From: Escherichia phage ALITA
Length of the DNA stretch: 64,000 nucleotides
Reading direction: 5' to 3' (one strand)
Sequence record: PP359570
A program made the position numbers and the translations under genes. The notes under the pieces are model-generated. The model was not told the origin of the DNA, did no database searches, and saw nothing but the letters and a program-made list of their open reading frames with translations. Positions 1-10,745 of this stretch are shown here, piece after piece; within the stretch, counting starts at the first letter, position 1, and each line of letters opens with the position of its first letter.

Positions 1-1
1 A

Positions 2-1726
2 GCCACCCAGTTGAAAGATACAGATGGAGCAGAGTTAATAGGACATAGAAACGCTACGGTTGGCACTACTCTGGATTCAATTGCAGTCCGCTCAGATCAA
101 TTTTCTACTATTCAGGAATGGGCATCATACCCAGCAAAGCACAAAACTTTAGCAGGCGGAACATATACTCTGGACTCTACTCTCAGTGTTGAATGTGAAT
201 CACTGACCACTGAGGGTGTAGTTACTATAAATGCTTCTGGTTCATTCATCGCTATGTATTTTGGTACAAATCAGCGAGATTTACTAACCACTCTTAGCTC
301 TGATATTTCAAAAGGGATAACCAGTCTTACTGTCGATAATGTTCAGGAAGGAGATACTTTATGCTTTTATAATCCTTCTGATTTTTCATGGTCTGGATAC
401 CGGAATTATTATCGTAGTGGAGAGTTTGTTAAGGTTGTTAGATATTCAAATGGGATTGCACACTTCAATGGAGGGACGAAAGCCGCATACCCATCTGGGA
501 CTCAAGTTTACAAGCTAAAAACAAAAAAAGTTTCTGTAAGCGGGGCTTTTGTATTTAATTTTCCTTCATACGACAAAACTGCTATGGCTATGCAATTCGA
601 GCAGATAGCTGATGGTAACTTTGACAATCTCGTTGTCACATCTCACACCGCCCCTTATGCCGTTCAGTTTAAACGTTGTTTCAATCTTACCGGTAAGGGG
701 ATGCGTCTCACACAGGAATCTCCTTCTGTAAGTTTTGGCTTAGAATATGGTTGCTACATCTGCAATAGCCAGAATATTGATTTTGAAGGTATATTCTGTG
801 CAGAGCGCCATGCAGTCACTGTTACAGGTAATGATGAAATCTGCGGTATTGTTAACAGATTTGTCAGTGTTAACGCCAGCGGTGGCGGTGCAATCATGAC
901 CACAGGGCAAGGCAAGGTTGCAGCAGCAGACTGGCACGGAAACACTGAAAAGTGCAGGTATGGTGGATATATTCAAGGGCTTGCTTGTGGTGGGTCTAAA
1001 AATAGCGCACGTGGTGCTCATATCGACCACGTACCTAACACCCCGGCATGGCCTAACATACTCGCTACGGAACTTAAGTCAATTGAGTTTGATTTAAGCA
1101 ATATCCATGTTACAGGGATAGGTGATCCATCTTCAGTAAACAGAGGTTGTATTGATTTTGGAGGTAACTCCACTGCATTTGGAGCTAATACTGTAGAACC
1201 TGGCACTTTGAATCTTTCTGGGGCTGTTATTGATTCTCCCGCAAACGTGTTGATTGAGATAAGGAACAGGGGTTCATTGGCTGCTCACACCATAAATCTT
1301 AATGGAGTTACCGCTAATGCAGAGAGCGGTAAGTACACGGTCAGGATTGCGCCAATTGGAGAAGGTATTTCCCCTTCAGATGTTTACATGGCAGGATTTA
1401 AGATGCCTGACGGCAGTATCTCACAGATAAATAACCTGTCATCAGTGAACGTACACGGGGTGTCCAAAAAAGGTAGATCTTCTATAACCATACCAAGTGG
1501 GGCCAGTTCTGCGGAGTTAACCATCCCTTTCGATTCCACTGTACTTGGTGCTCCGAAATCAGTTCAGTTTAATCGGTCAGGGCTTGTTCCAGCGGCACAA
1601 GCAAGGATTGTATTCTCTGAACGAACTTCGTCACCAACAGGGTTTCGGGTTATCGCGGCAACAGCTAACGGTAATACGCTCTCAGCAGACCTTACTATAC
1701 CGTTCTCATGGCGTGCAGATTGGTAA
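2..1726 (+). CDS. Tail fibre/tailspike-like structural protein; frame is open to window edge, so probably 5'-truncated (ORF track start at 11 is TTG without SD)
   Basis: Long ORF at head of structural block; G/S/T-rich beta-rich composition typical of fibre proteins; no SD upstream of position 11. Confidence 0.55.
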   Translation, partial: ATQLKDTDGAELIGHRNATVGTTLDSIAVRSDQFSTIQEWASYPAKHKTLAGGTYTLDSTLSVECESLTTEGVVTINASGSFIAMYFGTNQRDLLTTLSSDISKGITSLTVDNVQEGDTLCFYNPSDFSWSGYRNYYRSGEFVKVVRYSNGIAHFNGGTKAAYPSGTQVYKLKTKKVSVSGAFVFNFPSYDKTAMAMQFEQIADGNFDNLVVTSHTAPYAVQFKRCFNLTGKGMRLTQESPSVSFGLEYGCYICNSQNIDFEGIFCAERHAVTVTGNDEICGIVNRFVSVNASGGGAIMTTGQGKVAAADWHGNTEKCRYGGYIQGLACGGSKNSARGAHIDHVPNTPAWPNILATELKSIEFDLSNIHVTGIGDPSSVNRGCIDFGGNSTAFGANTVEPGTLNLSGAVIDSPANVLIEIRNRGSLAAHTINLNGVTANAESGKYTVRIAPIGEGISPSDVYMAGFKMPDGSISQINNLSSVNVHGVSKKGRSSITIPSGASSAELTIPFDSTVLGAPKSVQFNRSGLVPAAQARIVFSERTSSPTGFRVIAATANGNTLSADLTIPFSWRADW

Positions 1727-1827
1727 ATATTTATACTAAAAACTAAGACCCCAAACTATGCCTTTATTTATACATATAAAGTTTATTGTTTGTACTACCC
1801 CCATAGGATAGTGGGTGTTATGTCTAG

Positions 1828-2019
1828 ATGTCTTTCAACATACTAAGTATTATCTATGATAAGGAGACGCAAAGGGCGTATTCCCTACCTGCTGATATTG
1901 CCCCAGGTATTACTGCCATTAGTCTTAGTGCTGCTGTACTTGTGCATTCAGCGGGTTCTGTAGACCTTGGGGAATTAGCTGTATATCGTGATTTAAAAAG
2001 TAATGAGAACGCACCATGA
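1828..2019 (+). CDS. Hypothetical small protein
   Basis: 63-aa ORF, no clear SD. Confidence 0.3.
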   Translation: MSFNILSIIYDKETQRAYSLPADIAPGITAISLSAAVLVHSAGSVDLGELAVYRDLKSNENAP

Positions 2020-2261
2020 GAAAATTTTTAATAGGTATGTTTTGTACATATCCTGATAATAAAGTCAGTTCTACTAAAGTTTGGAATGCTATTGGTATGA
2101 TTGTTATGTCCAGTATGTTTATTTATTTGGGAATTGACAAAGAAATTCCTGAATGGATGGGCTGGGCTTTTGTTTTTATGATCACACCATCCAGACTAAT
2201 GAAGAATTTAATAGATTTACGTTGGGGCAGATCACCTGCCCCTGATAAGGAGGATAACTAA
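2016..2261 (+). CDS. Small hydrophobic (membrane) protein
   Basis: 81-aa ORF with two hydrophobic segments; stop overlaps next start. Confidence 0.4.
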   Translation: MRKFLIGMFCTYPDNKVSSTKVWNAIGMIVMSSMFIYLGIDKEIPEWMGWAFVFMITPSRLMKNLIDLRWGRSPAPDKEDN

Positions 2262-3748
2262 TGGCAGATTATGGTTTAACAGATGCTGGTTTTGTCATTC
2301 CAACGTTTGATGATATTCTAAATAATTATATGACAGCATTGAAAAACACTTTCGGTGCAGATACAGCTACATCTGAAGATACAGTCTTTGGTCAACTGTT
2401 TCGTATTATTGCATATACAGATTACACCCTTTGGGAAGGTATGCAAGGTGTTTACAATACCCAAACCTTAGATGGTGCAGAAGGTATTTACCTTGATGAA
2501 ATCTTCTCTAAAAGAGGTTTTTATCGTAAAGCTGCTTCTGCTGGTAGTGGTTATGCTTATGTTAAATCTAACAATAAGGCAGCTTGGACTTATGAACTAA
2601 GCACAGATGTTTATTTTAATGCCGATAACGATTTGACATATTATGTCAGTGCACCAACAATGTTGAATGCTAAGATTGGAGCATATACCATTTCTAAAGC
2701 AAACGCAACAGCTTCTGGTGAAACTTCTATTACTTTCTACATTCAAAGTGCTATTGATGGTGGTCTTAACAGTAAAACACTAAGTCCTAGCAATACAAAC
2801 TTTATTGTAGATCTCACGAATTTCATTAAAGCTAACGTATCAACAACAGATCGTGCTTTAGTATGGAATGATGCTGGTAATGTTTATATGGGTTATAATC
2901 CAGAAGATAATGTTAACCCAATAGGTCTAGTAACACCCGTGAAATTTTATGCATCTATTGCCATTGGTACAAAATGGAGTGAAATTCCAGTTACGTGTTC
3001 AGACGTTGGTTATAATCCAGTAGGTACAGAAAGTATTACAGGTATTTCTTCAACGTTTACAGGCTTTTTAGATACAGGTAACTTCTATCCGTTCTCTCCA
3101 GGTACAGATGTTGAAACAGATGCAGAATTCCGTTCTCGTTTCAATGATAATATGGATGAAGCTAATGCTGCTACTCGTGCTGCTATTGTTAAAGCTCTAT
3201 TACTGACAGATGGTGTGACAAAGGTTAAGATTTACGATAACCCTACACTACACGATCAGGAACATGCTCCAGCTATGACATTCCAGACTATTGTGTATGG
3301 TGGTACAGCAGAAGAAGTTGCACAGGTTATTTATAATACTAAGCCTATTAACACATTAACTTATGGTACGACAGCAATTACTATCGTAACAGAAGATGGT
3401 GGTCAAGAAGTAATTCGTTTTTCTCCTGGTGATAATGCGGAATACTCACTTAAACTGGTATATCAAACTGGTAATGGTAGTGTGTTAAGTACAACAGAAA
3501 GAGAAAATATTGTTTCTGCTCTTGCAAACTTACAGGCTTATTTTGAATTAGGGTCAACAGTAACTAACGATCAGATAAAAGGTGTAATTTATTCTGCACT
3601 TGCGTTCGGACGCTTGACTTCTCTCCGTGTTTATGTTAAACTTAATACTGAGGATGACAGTAAATATAATGAGGGAGATATCACTCCAGCGTACAATGTT
3701 GTACCATCCTTTGACCTTGATAATATTTCCTACGAGTACGGAGTCTAA
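2261..3748 (+). CDS. Baseplate (J-like) structural protein
   Basis: 495-aa ORF with strong SD (AAGGAGG); position upstream of small baseplate-like protein and fibre genes as in P2/Mu-type baseplate modules. Confidence 0.5.
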   Translation: MADYGLTDAGFVIPTFDDILNNYMTALKNTFGADTATSEDTVFGQLFRIIAYTDYTLWEGMQGVYNTQTLDGAEGIYLDEIFSKRGFYRKAASAGSGYAYVKSNNKAAWTYELSTDVYFNADNDLTYYVSAPTMLNAKIGAYTISKANATASGETSITFYIQSAIDGGLNSKTLSPSNTNFIVDLTNFIKANVSTTDRALVWNDAGNVYMGYNPEDNVNPIGLVTPVKFYASIAIGTKWSEIPVTCSDVGYNPVGTESITGISSTFTGFLDTGNFYPFSPGTDVETDAEFRSRFNDNMDEANAATRAAIVKALLLTDGVTKVKIYDNPTLHDQEHAPAMTFQTIVYGGTAEEVAQVIYNTKPINTLTYGTTAITIVTEDGGQEVIRFSPGDNAEYSLKLVYQTGNGSVLSTTERENIVSALANLQAYFELGSTVTNDQIKGVIYSALAFGRLTSLRVYVKLNTEDDSKYNEGDITPAYNVVPSFDLDNISYEYGV

Positions 3749-3750
3749 AA

Positions 3751-4380
3751 ATGGCAGTGAGTGTTGACCATGTGACAACGTGGGATAGTATCAATGAAGA
3801 TGTTAAAGACCTACTGATTGAAGATTTTAAATCTTCTCCGAACATTGTCAAACTACTCTATATCATTTCTAGCGAAAAACAAAAGATAGATCAGGCAATG
3901 ATCTATCTTGCCAAACACCGCTTAATCTCTACTGCAACTGGTAAGTATTTAGATCTTATTGGTGAAGAGATGGGGATGGAAAGAAATGGTGCTACAGATG
4001 AAGAGTATCGTACAATATTAAAAATCAGGGCTTATCGTGTTGCGTCTTCTGGTACGCGAGATGATATCATTGATATGTTCGCTCGTTTTACAGGAACAGA
4101 AAAAGAAACGATTAATACATACGTTGGATTAAATAAAACATTCGACGTATTCTTTTATAATTTGTGTCTACAATCCGATCAGGCAGTAGCACAGTTACTT
4201 AACGTTTTCCCGATCCTAAGTAGTTATCGCTTAGGTGCGAAAGCGGGTGCAGCCTTTGGTTTCACTTCCTATTATGCCACAACTCCACCTCATGGTATAG
4301 GTGGTTTAGGTTCTCTTTACACAGAGGCTGAAGGAGATGATACAGGGCGAATGACTATGCTGATAGCTCAAATAGAATAA
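3751..4380 (+). CDS. Baseplate/tail-fibre-associated protein
   Basis: 209-aa ORF tightly coupled to upstream gene. Confidence 0.45.
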   Translation: MAVSVDHVTTWDSINEDVKDLLIEDFKSSPNIVKLLYIISSEKQKIDQAMIYLAKHRLISTATGKYLDLIGEEMGMERNGATDEEYRTILKIRAYRVASSGTRDDIIDMFARFTGTEKETINTYVGLNKTFDVFFYNLCLQSDQAVAQLLNVFPILSSYRLGAKAGAAFGFTSYYATTPPHGIGGLGSLYTEAEGDDTGRMTMLIAQIE

Positions 4381-4393
4381 GGAGTTACTCTTA

Positions 4394-5377
4394 ATGGCAA
4401 AGCCACAATACTACCCTGACTGGGCGACACAAACAGTAACCCTCCCAGGAACGGGAAACACAAACAAGATTAGACCAAAAGAAACCATCCGTAATGTTGG
4501 TATGGACTTTGGTCAGATTATGACTTGTGAAGAAATGAACTGGATCTTAAACAATATTGGGTCTTGGATTCGCTATATGCAAGATGAATTCTTCCCAACA
4601 TTGCCTACTACATATCTTCCTATAGTCGGTACTAAAATTACAATGGCAGGTGATGCTACAGGTGAAGTTACATGGAATGGTAATGCTGCTGTAACATTAT
4701 CTATTCAAGTCGTAGATAACAGCCATAATCACTTATCAGCTAACATTACAGACGCAACATCAAACCAAGTTGTAGGGAATGTCCTTGTTAAGCGTGATAA
4801 TGGTGGTGCTATCTATGCAGGCGATATTTATACCTGTGGTACAGGTGCTACAGATCCTGCAACATTATTTTTTAGAAACTACAACGGACAAACAGTAGGT
4901 AATATGTCCTCTGAACCAGGTGCAGGTGGTCAACTCTATATTTATAGAATGAACCCATCAACTGGAGGAACATCTTGTGCAGTCCGTTTATATGATGCAG
5001 GTTATGTTTTAATAGACAACCCTCGTTCTAATTCTGGTCAAGATACTGGTAATGGTAATGCTCTTGTAAGATTAGACTATCTTAACTCCAGACTAAACTC
5101 ATTGCAAAGCACACTGCAAAATAATATTAACAACGTTAATAGTAACTTGCAAGGCCAAATTAATAGCATTAACAATAGAGTTTCTTCTGTTGTGTCTGCT
5201 ATCCGTCTTGGAACACGTATCCAAGCTGGTGTGTCTGAGTCTCGTTTCTATGCTGGTCACGTGATCACAGGTTGGGGTTTTGGTGACAAGAAAGAACTTC
5301 GTGGTGCTTGGTATTGGTCAGCCCCGCTACAATATTATATTAATGGTAGCTGGATAACAGTAACCAACGTTTCGTAA
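4394..5377 (+). CDS. Tail fibre protein with C-terminal coiled-coil/N-rich repeat
   Basis: 327-aa ORF, SD AAGGAG; N/Q/S-rich heptad-like segment LNSRLNSLQSTLQNNINNVNSNLQGQINSINN. Confidence 0.55.
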   Translation: MAKPQYYPDWATQTVTLPGTGNTNKIRPKETIRNVGMDFGQIMTCEEMNWILNNIGSWIRYMQDEFFPTLPTTYLPIVGTKITMAGDATGEVTWNGNAAVTLSIQVVDNSHNHLSANITDATSNQVVGNVLVKRDNGGAIYAGDIYTCGTGATDPATLFFRNYNGQTVGNMSSEPGAGGQLYIYRMNPSTGGTSCAVRLYDAGYVLIDNPRSNSGQDTGNGNALVRLDYLNSRLNSLQSTLQNNINNVNSNLQGQINSINNRVSSVVSAIRLGTRIQAGVSESRFYAGHVITGWGFGDKKELRGAWYWSAPLQYYINGSWITVTNVS

Positions 5378-5386
5378 GGAGAGTCT

Positions 5387-5938
5387 ATGAAAAAAGACAT
5401 TATTTTTACAGGTTTTGAATTGTATGAACCAGAATTAACAGAAGAAAATATTCTTTATCTTTCTGTTGGTGGTGGTTTTTTGCAAGACAAAGATGGTAAC
5501 GACTGGTATCAGCTTCAAAAAACTTTGATGGTAGAATATCCCGACGCTTATTTTATTACCTTAGATGATAATAATATTGTACGTGGTGCTACTAAAGATG
5601 TTACTACCTATTTCCCTGCCGGACAATCTATTTTAGTTACATATAATGTACCAGATAAAATAGAAGATGAAAGTAATATTGGCTCTTGGCAATATGTTGA
5701 AGGTAAGTTTGTTCCTCACAATAATCTTGCTATTGAAGATGCTACTCTTAGGTTAGAAAAGGAGCTAACTTGGGCTACGAATCAAGTATCTGCGATTCAA
5801 GATTTAGAGGAATTACAAGGTTTATCTGAAGAACAAAAAGATTGGTTAGGAAAAGTTAAACTCTATCGTGCAACATTAATTCAAATTAACGTTGAAGATG
5901 CACCTAATATAACTTGGCCTACAAGACCTAAGAAATAG
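5387..5938 (+). CDS. Hypothetical structural/fibre-assembly protein
   Basis: 183-aa ORF with SD AAGGAG, in fibre cluster. Confidence 0.45.
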   Translation: MKKDIIFTGFELYEPELTEENILYLSVGGGFLQDKDGNDWYQLQKTLMVEYPDAYFITLDDNNIVRGATKDVTTYFPAGQSILVTYNVPDKIEDESNIGSWQYVEGKFVPHNNLAIEDATLRLEKELTWATNQVSAIQDLEELQGLSEEQKDWLGKVKLYRATLIQINVEDAPNITWPTRPKK

Positions 5939-5947
5939 GGGCAATGT

Positions 5948-6289
5948 ATGGAGCTAACAGAAGTATGGGATATCGCTAAAGAGGCGATTATCCCTCTTAT
6001 TGGCGTAATCTGGGTGGTCTTCAAACAGAAGATAGATGATATGGCAAGTGATTTGGATAAAATGGAAGACAAATACCGCGAACTAGAAAAGAAGTTGGTG
6101 TTTGTTGAATCCACTTATGCTACCAAAGCAGAACTTGCTCAAATGCTTAACCAGATCAACTCTACATTAATGGCAAATAATACTGCCTTAGAACAGAAGA
6201 TTGAAAAAATAATGGATTTAAAAAATGCTCCTGTTCAATTAATGCTAGAGGAGATTACAAAGCGCACACAAAGTAAGGACAAAAATTAA
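5948..6289 (+). CDS. Small membrane-anchored coiled-coil protein
   Basis: 113 aa; N-terminal hydrophobic helix then charged coiled-coil; stop overlaps next ATG. Confidence 0.45.
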   Translation: MELTEVWDIAKEAIIPLIGVIWVVFKQKIDDMASDLDKMEDKYRELEKKLVFVESTYATKAELAQMLNQINSTLMANNTALEQKIEKIMDLKNAPVQLMLEEITKRTQSKDKN

Positions 6290-8703
6290 TGGCGAATTTT
6301 CCAACATATCCTGCTACGACACTAGAACAAGGTGTTGATCTGGTTATATTCTCGTCTAACCAGATGCATGATGTTATTAATGGGGATGCTACAGCAACTG
6401 TAGAAACCGAAACAGGTTTAATACCTACACTGCGTAAAGCACTTGTTGATAACTTCTTCTTTAAGAGTCCTGTTGCTTGGTCAGCAGGATCAACTGAAAC
6501 TGTATTTAACCAGTTACGTTATTTTGAAAACGGTATCTTGAGTGGGTACTATTATGCCCCATCTGCCACTACTGCGAACCCTGTACCTATGCAGGGCACA
6601 CCTGTAGGGGACAGTAACTGGACTCTGTACGCTCTTAAAACTGAACAGTTAGCTTCAGATGTGTATCCTTGGTATTTTAAAGGTGCTACAGGATATGAAA
6701 CAGAAATCAGTCCTCCTTATATCTTTGATAATGCTATTGTCACCATTAACGGTGTAATTCAGATTCAAGGTGAAGCATTTACTATCAAAGATAGTAAAAT
6801 TATTCTGGCAGAACCATTAGGTTTAGATCCGTCTACTGGTCTACCTAACAAATTGTTTGCTTTTATTGGTAAAACAACAGCCTCTACTTCTTACGTAGAG
6901 AAAAACCTTTTGTCATCTACCACTGGTGCAGCAATGGTTGGTCTTCCATCTGGAGGCAACCTGTTACAAGCTCAATACTTTGTAACGCCTGAGCAGTTTG
7001 GTGCAATTGGTGATGGAGTTACCGATGATACTCAAGCAATTTTAAAAACTATTACTTTCGCTAACACGAATAACATTCAAGTACGTGCAGATAAGAATTA
7101 TAGATTCACAAGCTCAATTGCTATGTCTGGTATTCGTTGGTATGGTGGTACATTCACTGGTAACGGTGGAACAATGATTTCTACTGTGTCCTGTTGGATG
7201 GAAAACGTTCGCTTTGAAAAATGTTATGTTAAGATGTTAGGTGGTGATTGCCGATTCTATCGTAATATCTTCTCCAACGCAACATCTACAGCAGCATTCT
7301 TAATGCAAGCAATGACAAGTGAAGGTACGTTGGACTTCAGTTACAACGAAATGTATGGTTGTAAATATGCGATCCTGCAACAAGGTACTGGAGAAGTAAT
7401 GACCTACGGGCGTTACTCTAACAACTATATTCACGATATCAAAGGTGATGCTATTGAACTTAACGTAGTTCAAAAACACTACACTGAAGGTTTGATTATC
7501 GAGAATAACCACATTGCTAACGTAGATGCTTCTGGACAAGGTGCAAACTGGGGTATTGGTATTGGTGTAGCAGGTAGTGGCCCATATGGTGTTGATGTTC
7601 CTGATTCACAATATGTACGTAATTTCAGTATCGTTGGGAATAGGGTTTACAATTGCCGTCAATGTCTACACGTTGAAATGGGTAAAAACTTCACAATACG
7701 TGATAATGAAGTTTATCCTAACACAGCAGTTTCAACAGGTACAGGTTTAACTACTTGTGGTGTTGCATTATACGGATGCCAAGATTTTGAAGTTGATGGT
7801 TTAACTGGTTATCTGCTCAATGATCCGTCTGTTTCAACACGTATGGTCTTTATTGACTGGGGTGTTAACAGTGGAAGATATGCGGGGCCACCAATTAACT
7901 TTACAATTAAGAATTTGGATATTCCAGAATCTTCAATTGAGATTGCAACCTCTGGATCAGATGCTTGGGAAAACTCTACAATTGTTAGTAATATCAATTG
8001 TAATGTTTTTAAATGGCGTGGGCTACCATCTAGCTCTACTTTTAATAATATTCGTTGCCGTAGTATTGACTTTATTGGTCAACACGGAAGCGGAGAAGGA
8101 AGTGGTGGCGGTTTCTATACTCGCAGCCAATTCACGTATATGAAGTGGGTAGGATGTACAGCACTTAGCGGAGATGAAACAACAGTTTCTTTTGCTAAAA
8201 TCTACACTGATCGTTGCGATCAGGTTGGAAATAACTTTGGTGTTCCAACTGCTGTTGATGGTACAGGTCATCGTGGGCCAGTTTTAACTACTATTTCTGA
8301 ACAATATTTTACAGCTTATGATGAATTCCCAGGTGGGCGTGAATTCCCTACTGGAACAGTTATTCATTGTGCAAGCGGTAAAAAACATGTTGTTACAGTA
8401 GGTGGTGCTTTCTTTAGTGCCAACGAGAAAATAAAAGCAACTGTTACAGGTCAAACCTATCTACAGTCTAATGCTTTAAACTGGGCTAGTAATGGCTACG
8501 CTAAAGCAGCAGGTACTAAGATTGTTATTCCAGGTGCAGGTGCAAATGGCGGCGATCTTGTGACAACTATAGCACGTGCTACATATGTGACAAATAGTTT
8601 GTACACAATAGATATTGCAGATCCAATTGTAACACCTACAGCAGAGAATACACAAATTAAAGCTCTGAATCCTGTTACTTTTGTTACTGTCAACAATGCT
8701 TAA
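6289..8703 (+). CDS. Tailspike with pectate-lyase-like right-handed beta-helix (putative polysaccharide depolymerase)
   Basis: 804 aa; motif FGAIGDGVTDDTQAIL characteristic of pectate lyase superfamily tailspikes; followed by hairpin terminator. Confidence 0.8.
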   Translation: MANFPTYPATTLEQGVDLVIFSSNQMHDVINGDATATVETETGLIPTLRKALVDNFFFKSPVAWSAGSTETVFNQLRYFENGILSGYYYAPSATTANPVPMQGTPVGDSNWTLYALKTEQLASDVYPWYFKGATGYETEISPPYIFDNAIVTINGVIQIQGEAFTIKDSKIILAEPLGLDPSTGLPNKLFAFIGKTTASTSYVEKNLLSSTTGAAMVGLPSGGNLLQAQYFVTPEQFGAIGDGVTDDTQAILKTITFANTNNIQVRADKNYRFTSSIAMSGIRWYGGTFTGNGGTMISTVSCWMENVRFEKCYVKMLGGDCRFYRNIFSNATSTAAFLMQAMTSEGTLDFSYNEMYGCKYAILQQGTGEVMTYGRYSNNYIHDIKGDAIELNVVQKHYTEGLIIENNHIANVDASGQGANWGIGIGVAGSGPYGVDVPDSQYVRNFSIVGNRVYNCRQCLHVEMGKNFTIRDNEVYPNTAVSTGTGLTTCGVALYGCQDFEVDGLTGYLLNDPSVSTRMVFIDWGVNSGRYAGPPINFTIKNLDIPESSIEIATSGSDAWENSTIVSNINCNVFKWRGLPSSSTFNNIRCRSIDFIGQHGSGEGSGGGFYTRSQFTYMKWVGCTALSGDETTVSFAKIYTDRCDQVGNNFGVPTAVDGTGHRGPVLTTISEQYFTAYDEFPGGREFPTGTVIHCASGKKHVVTVGGAFFSANEKIKATVTGQTYLQSNALNWASNGYAKAAGTKIVIPGAGANGGDLVTTIARATYVTNSLYTIDIADPIVTPTAENTQIKALNPVTFVTVNNA

Positions 8704-8744
8704 TTAAAAAGGGGCGAAAGCCCCTTTATAAAAGGAGTAGTAAA

Positions 8745-10706
8745 GTGATTTTAACACGTCCAAATAGTGCCATTGCAGACATGGTAGAGTCTCGCTATAG
8801 AAAGCGTAGAAGTTTTGCAAGTGGTTTTACCTTAAGAGATGCTCGTGAAGCATTGCTCTTTGAAACTGACGGTAACTACTATCAGTGGAAAGGTTCTCTA
8901 CCTAAAGTTGTACCTGCTAACTCTACTCCTACATCTACTGGAGGGATTTCAGATACAGCTTGGAAAAATGTGGGTAATGCAGATGACATTGCTCAAATAG
9001 AATCAGAATTAGATGCTATTGAAGCTGAAATTGAAGATCTTAGAGAATCCATTCCAGAGGCTGGTAAATCAGCTTACCAGATTGCCGTAGACAATGGTTT
9101 CCAAGGTACTGAGACAGAGTGGTTGGCTTCTTTAAAAGGTGATCCAGGTGCTCCATTAAAGCTGCTAGGGACGCTATCTAATACCAACCAATTACCTACA
9201 ACTGGAAACAATGCAGGAGATGCATGGATTGTAGGCGAGAATATGTATGCTTGGGATGGTACGGCTTGGAGAAAAGTAAACTCACAGGGGCCAGAAGGTA
9301 AATCCGCTTATCAAGTTTGGCTTGCAGCAGGAAACCAAGGTACAGAACTAGATTATCTTGCTTCAATTAAAGGTGATAAAGGGGAGCCTGGCCCAGAGGG
9401 GCCACAAGGTGTGCCAGGTAACAATGCTAATGGTTTTGATTACCAAGGTGCAGCTAATTCCGTTTCAGATCTTCCTTCTGCATCTCCTGGAAACACATCT
9501 CAAGCATGGAGTATTGGTACATATCTATACGTGTCAAACGGTGTAGAATGGATCAATATGGGTGCTATAGTGGGGCCAAAAGGAGATAAAGGCGACAAAG
9601 GAGATAAGGGTAACACTGGTGATTCTGCTTATCAAGTCTGGTTAAATGCTGGTAACGTTGGTACTATTGACGAATATATTGCCTCTCTGAAAGGAGAAAA
9701 AGGTGATAAGGGAGACAAGGGTGATCAAGGTGAGCAGGGTATACAAGGCTTGACGGGGCCAACTGGTGCAGGGTTGACCATTATTGATATTCTGACTGAC
9801 ACTTCTGAACTACCAGGAACTGGAGAAGATGGTGATGGTTATCTGATCAATAATGAACTTTGGGTTTGGTTGCAAGGAGCCACACAGTGGACAAATGTTG
9901 GTCGTTTAGCTGGTACTCCAATCACTGCAAAAGGACACGTTGCGTCTGCAAGTGCACTTCCTCCTACATCCAATTACGGTGATGCTTATCTGACGGAAGA
10001 TACAGGTCATCTTTACATTTACACCTATGATGAACAAACTCAAACTGCTGAATATGTAGATATGGGTAGTTTGAAAGGTGATAAGGGTGAGAAAGGTGAC
10101 GCTGGTACTAACGGTACGGATGGTGCAACTTGGATTGTTAAAACAACAGATCCAATCTCTAGTGATGGTAAACAAGGTGATTATGCCTTTAATATCTCCA
10201 CTGGCGAGGTGTTCTTAAAAACATCTGCAACTGTCTGGACTTCTCAAGGTACACTACCTAGCATCACAGATGCACCTAGTGACGGTAAGATCTATGCTCG
10301 TAAAGATGGAGCATGGGAAGAACTCACTAGTTCTGTAGATGGTCAAGATATAGTTCCAACAAAAGTAACAACTAATTTTATAGAGGTTACAGCATACACC
10401 AACAACTCTGTTACAGGGGACTGGACACCTCCAGGAACACATAACATGAATGTGTTGAATCTTACTGGTAACTCTACTATAAAAGCATGGCCTGGTGTCG
10501 AAGATAGCACAAAACCTAAACCATTCTCTGCAATAGTTTATCTTATCCAAGATGCCACTGGGGGTCATACTGTTACTTTAGATCCATCTTACAAAGTAAT
10601 TGGTTCTAGTGATATTAATACAGATCCTAACGGAGTAACAATACTACAACTAACATATTGTGGTGTTGGTGATTACGTGGATGCTATTGTTGCTAAACGC
10701 ACATAA
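8745..10706 (+). CDS. Collagen-like tail fibre protein
   Basis: 653 aa, GTG start after SD AAAAGGAG; multiple G-X-Y collagen repeats (GDKGEPGPEGPQGVPG, GDKGDKGDKGNTG, GEKGDKGDKGDQGEQGIQG). Confidence 0.8.
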   Translation: MILTRPNSAIADMVESRYRKRRSFASGFTLRDAREALLFETDGNYYQWKGSLPKVVPANSTPTSTGGISDTAWKNVGNADDIAQIESELDAIEAEIEDLRESIPEAGKSAYQIAVDNGFQGTETEWLASLKGDPGAPLKLLGTLSNTNQLPTTGNNAGDAWIVGENMYAWDGTAWRKVNSQGPEGKSAYQVWLAAGNQGTELDYLASIKGDKGEPGPEGPQGVPGNNANGFDYQGAANSVSDLPSASPGNTSQAWSIGTYLYVSNGVEWINMGAIVGPKGDKGDKGDKGNTGDSAYQVWLNAGNVGTIDEYIASLKGEKGDKGDKGDQGEQGIQGLTGPTGAGLTIIDILTDTSELPGTGEDGDGYLINNELWVWLQGATQWTNVGRLAGTPITAKGHVASASALPPTSNYGDAYLTEDTGHLYIYTYDEQTQTAEYVDMGSLKGDKGEKGDAGTNGTDGATWIVKTTDPISSDGKQGDYAFNISTGEVFLKTSATVWTSQGTLPSITDAPSDGKIYARKDGAWEELTSSVDGQDIVPTKVTTNFIEVTAYTNNSVTGDWTPPGTHNMNVLNLTGNSTIKAWPGVEDSTKPKPFSAIVYLIQDATGGHTVTLDPSYKVIGSSDINTDPNGVTILQLTYCGVGDYVDAIVAKRT

Positions 10707-10745
10707 TCAAAGCCCCTTCGGGGGCTTATTGTTTAAGGAGATTAA

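Noticed and set aside
11-13. ORF-track start codons that are TTG or GTG translated as Met (positions 11, 47306, 13047)
   Set aside because: No SD is present and the frame is open upstream. Starts were moved to ATG codons with SDs or the ORF was treated as a continuation. The GTG at 8745 and TTG at 58767 were kept because an SD sits at correct spacing.
9000-10100. DNA-level tandem repeats in the collagen-like fibre gene as a possible hypervariable or slippage locus
   Set aside because: The repetition is at the protein level (G-X-Y triplets) with varied codons. Nucleotide repeats are short and imperfect, so it was annotated as ordinary coding sequence.
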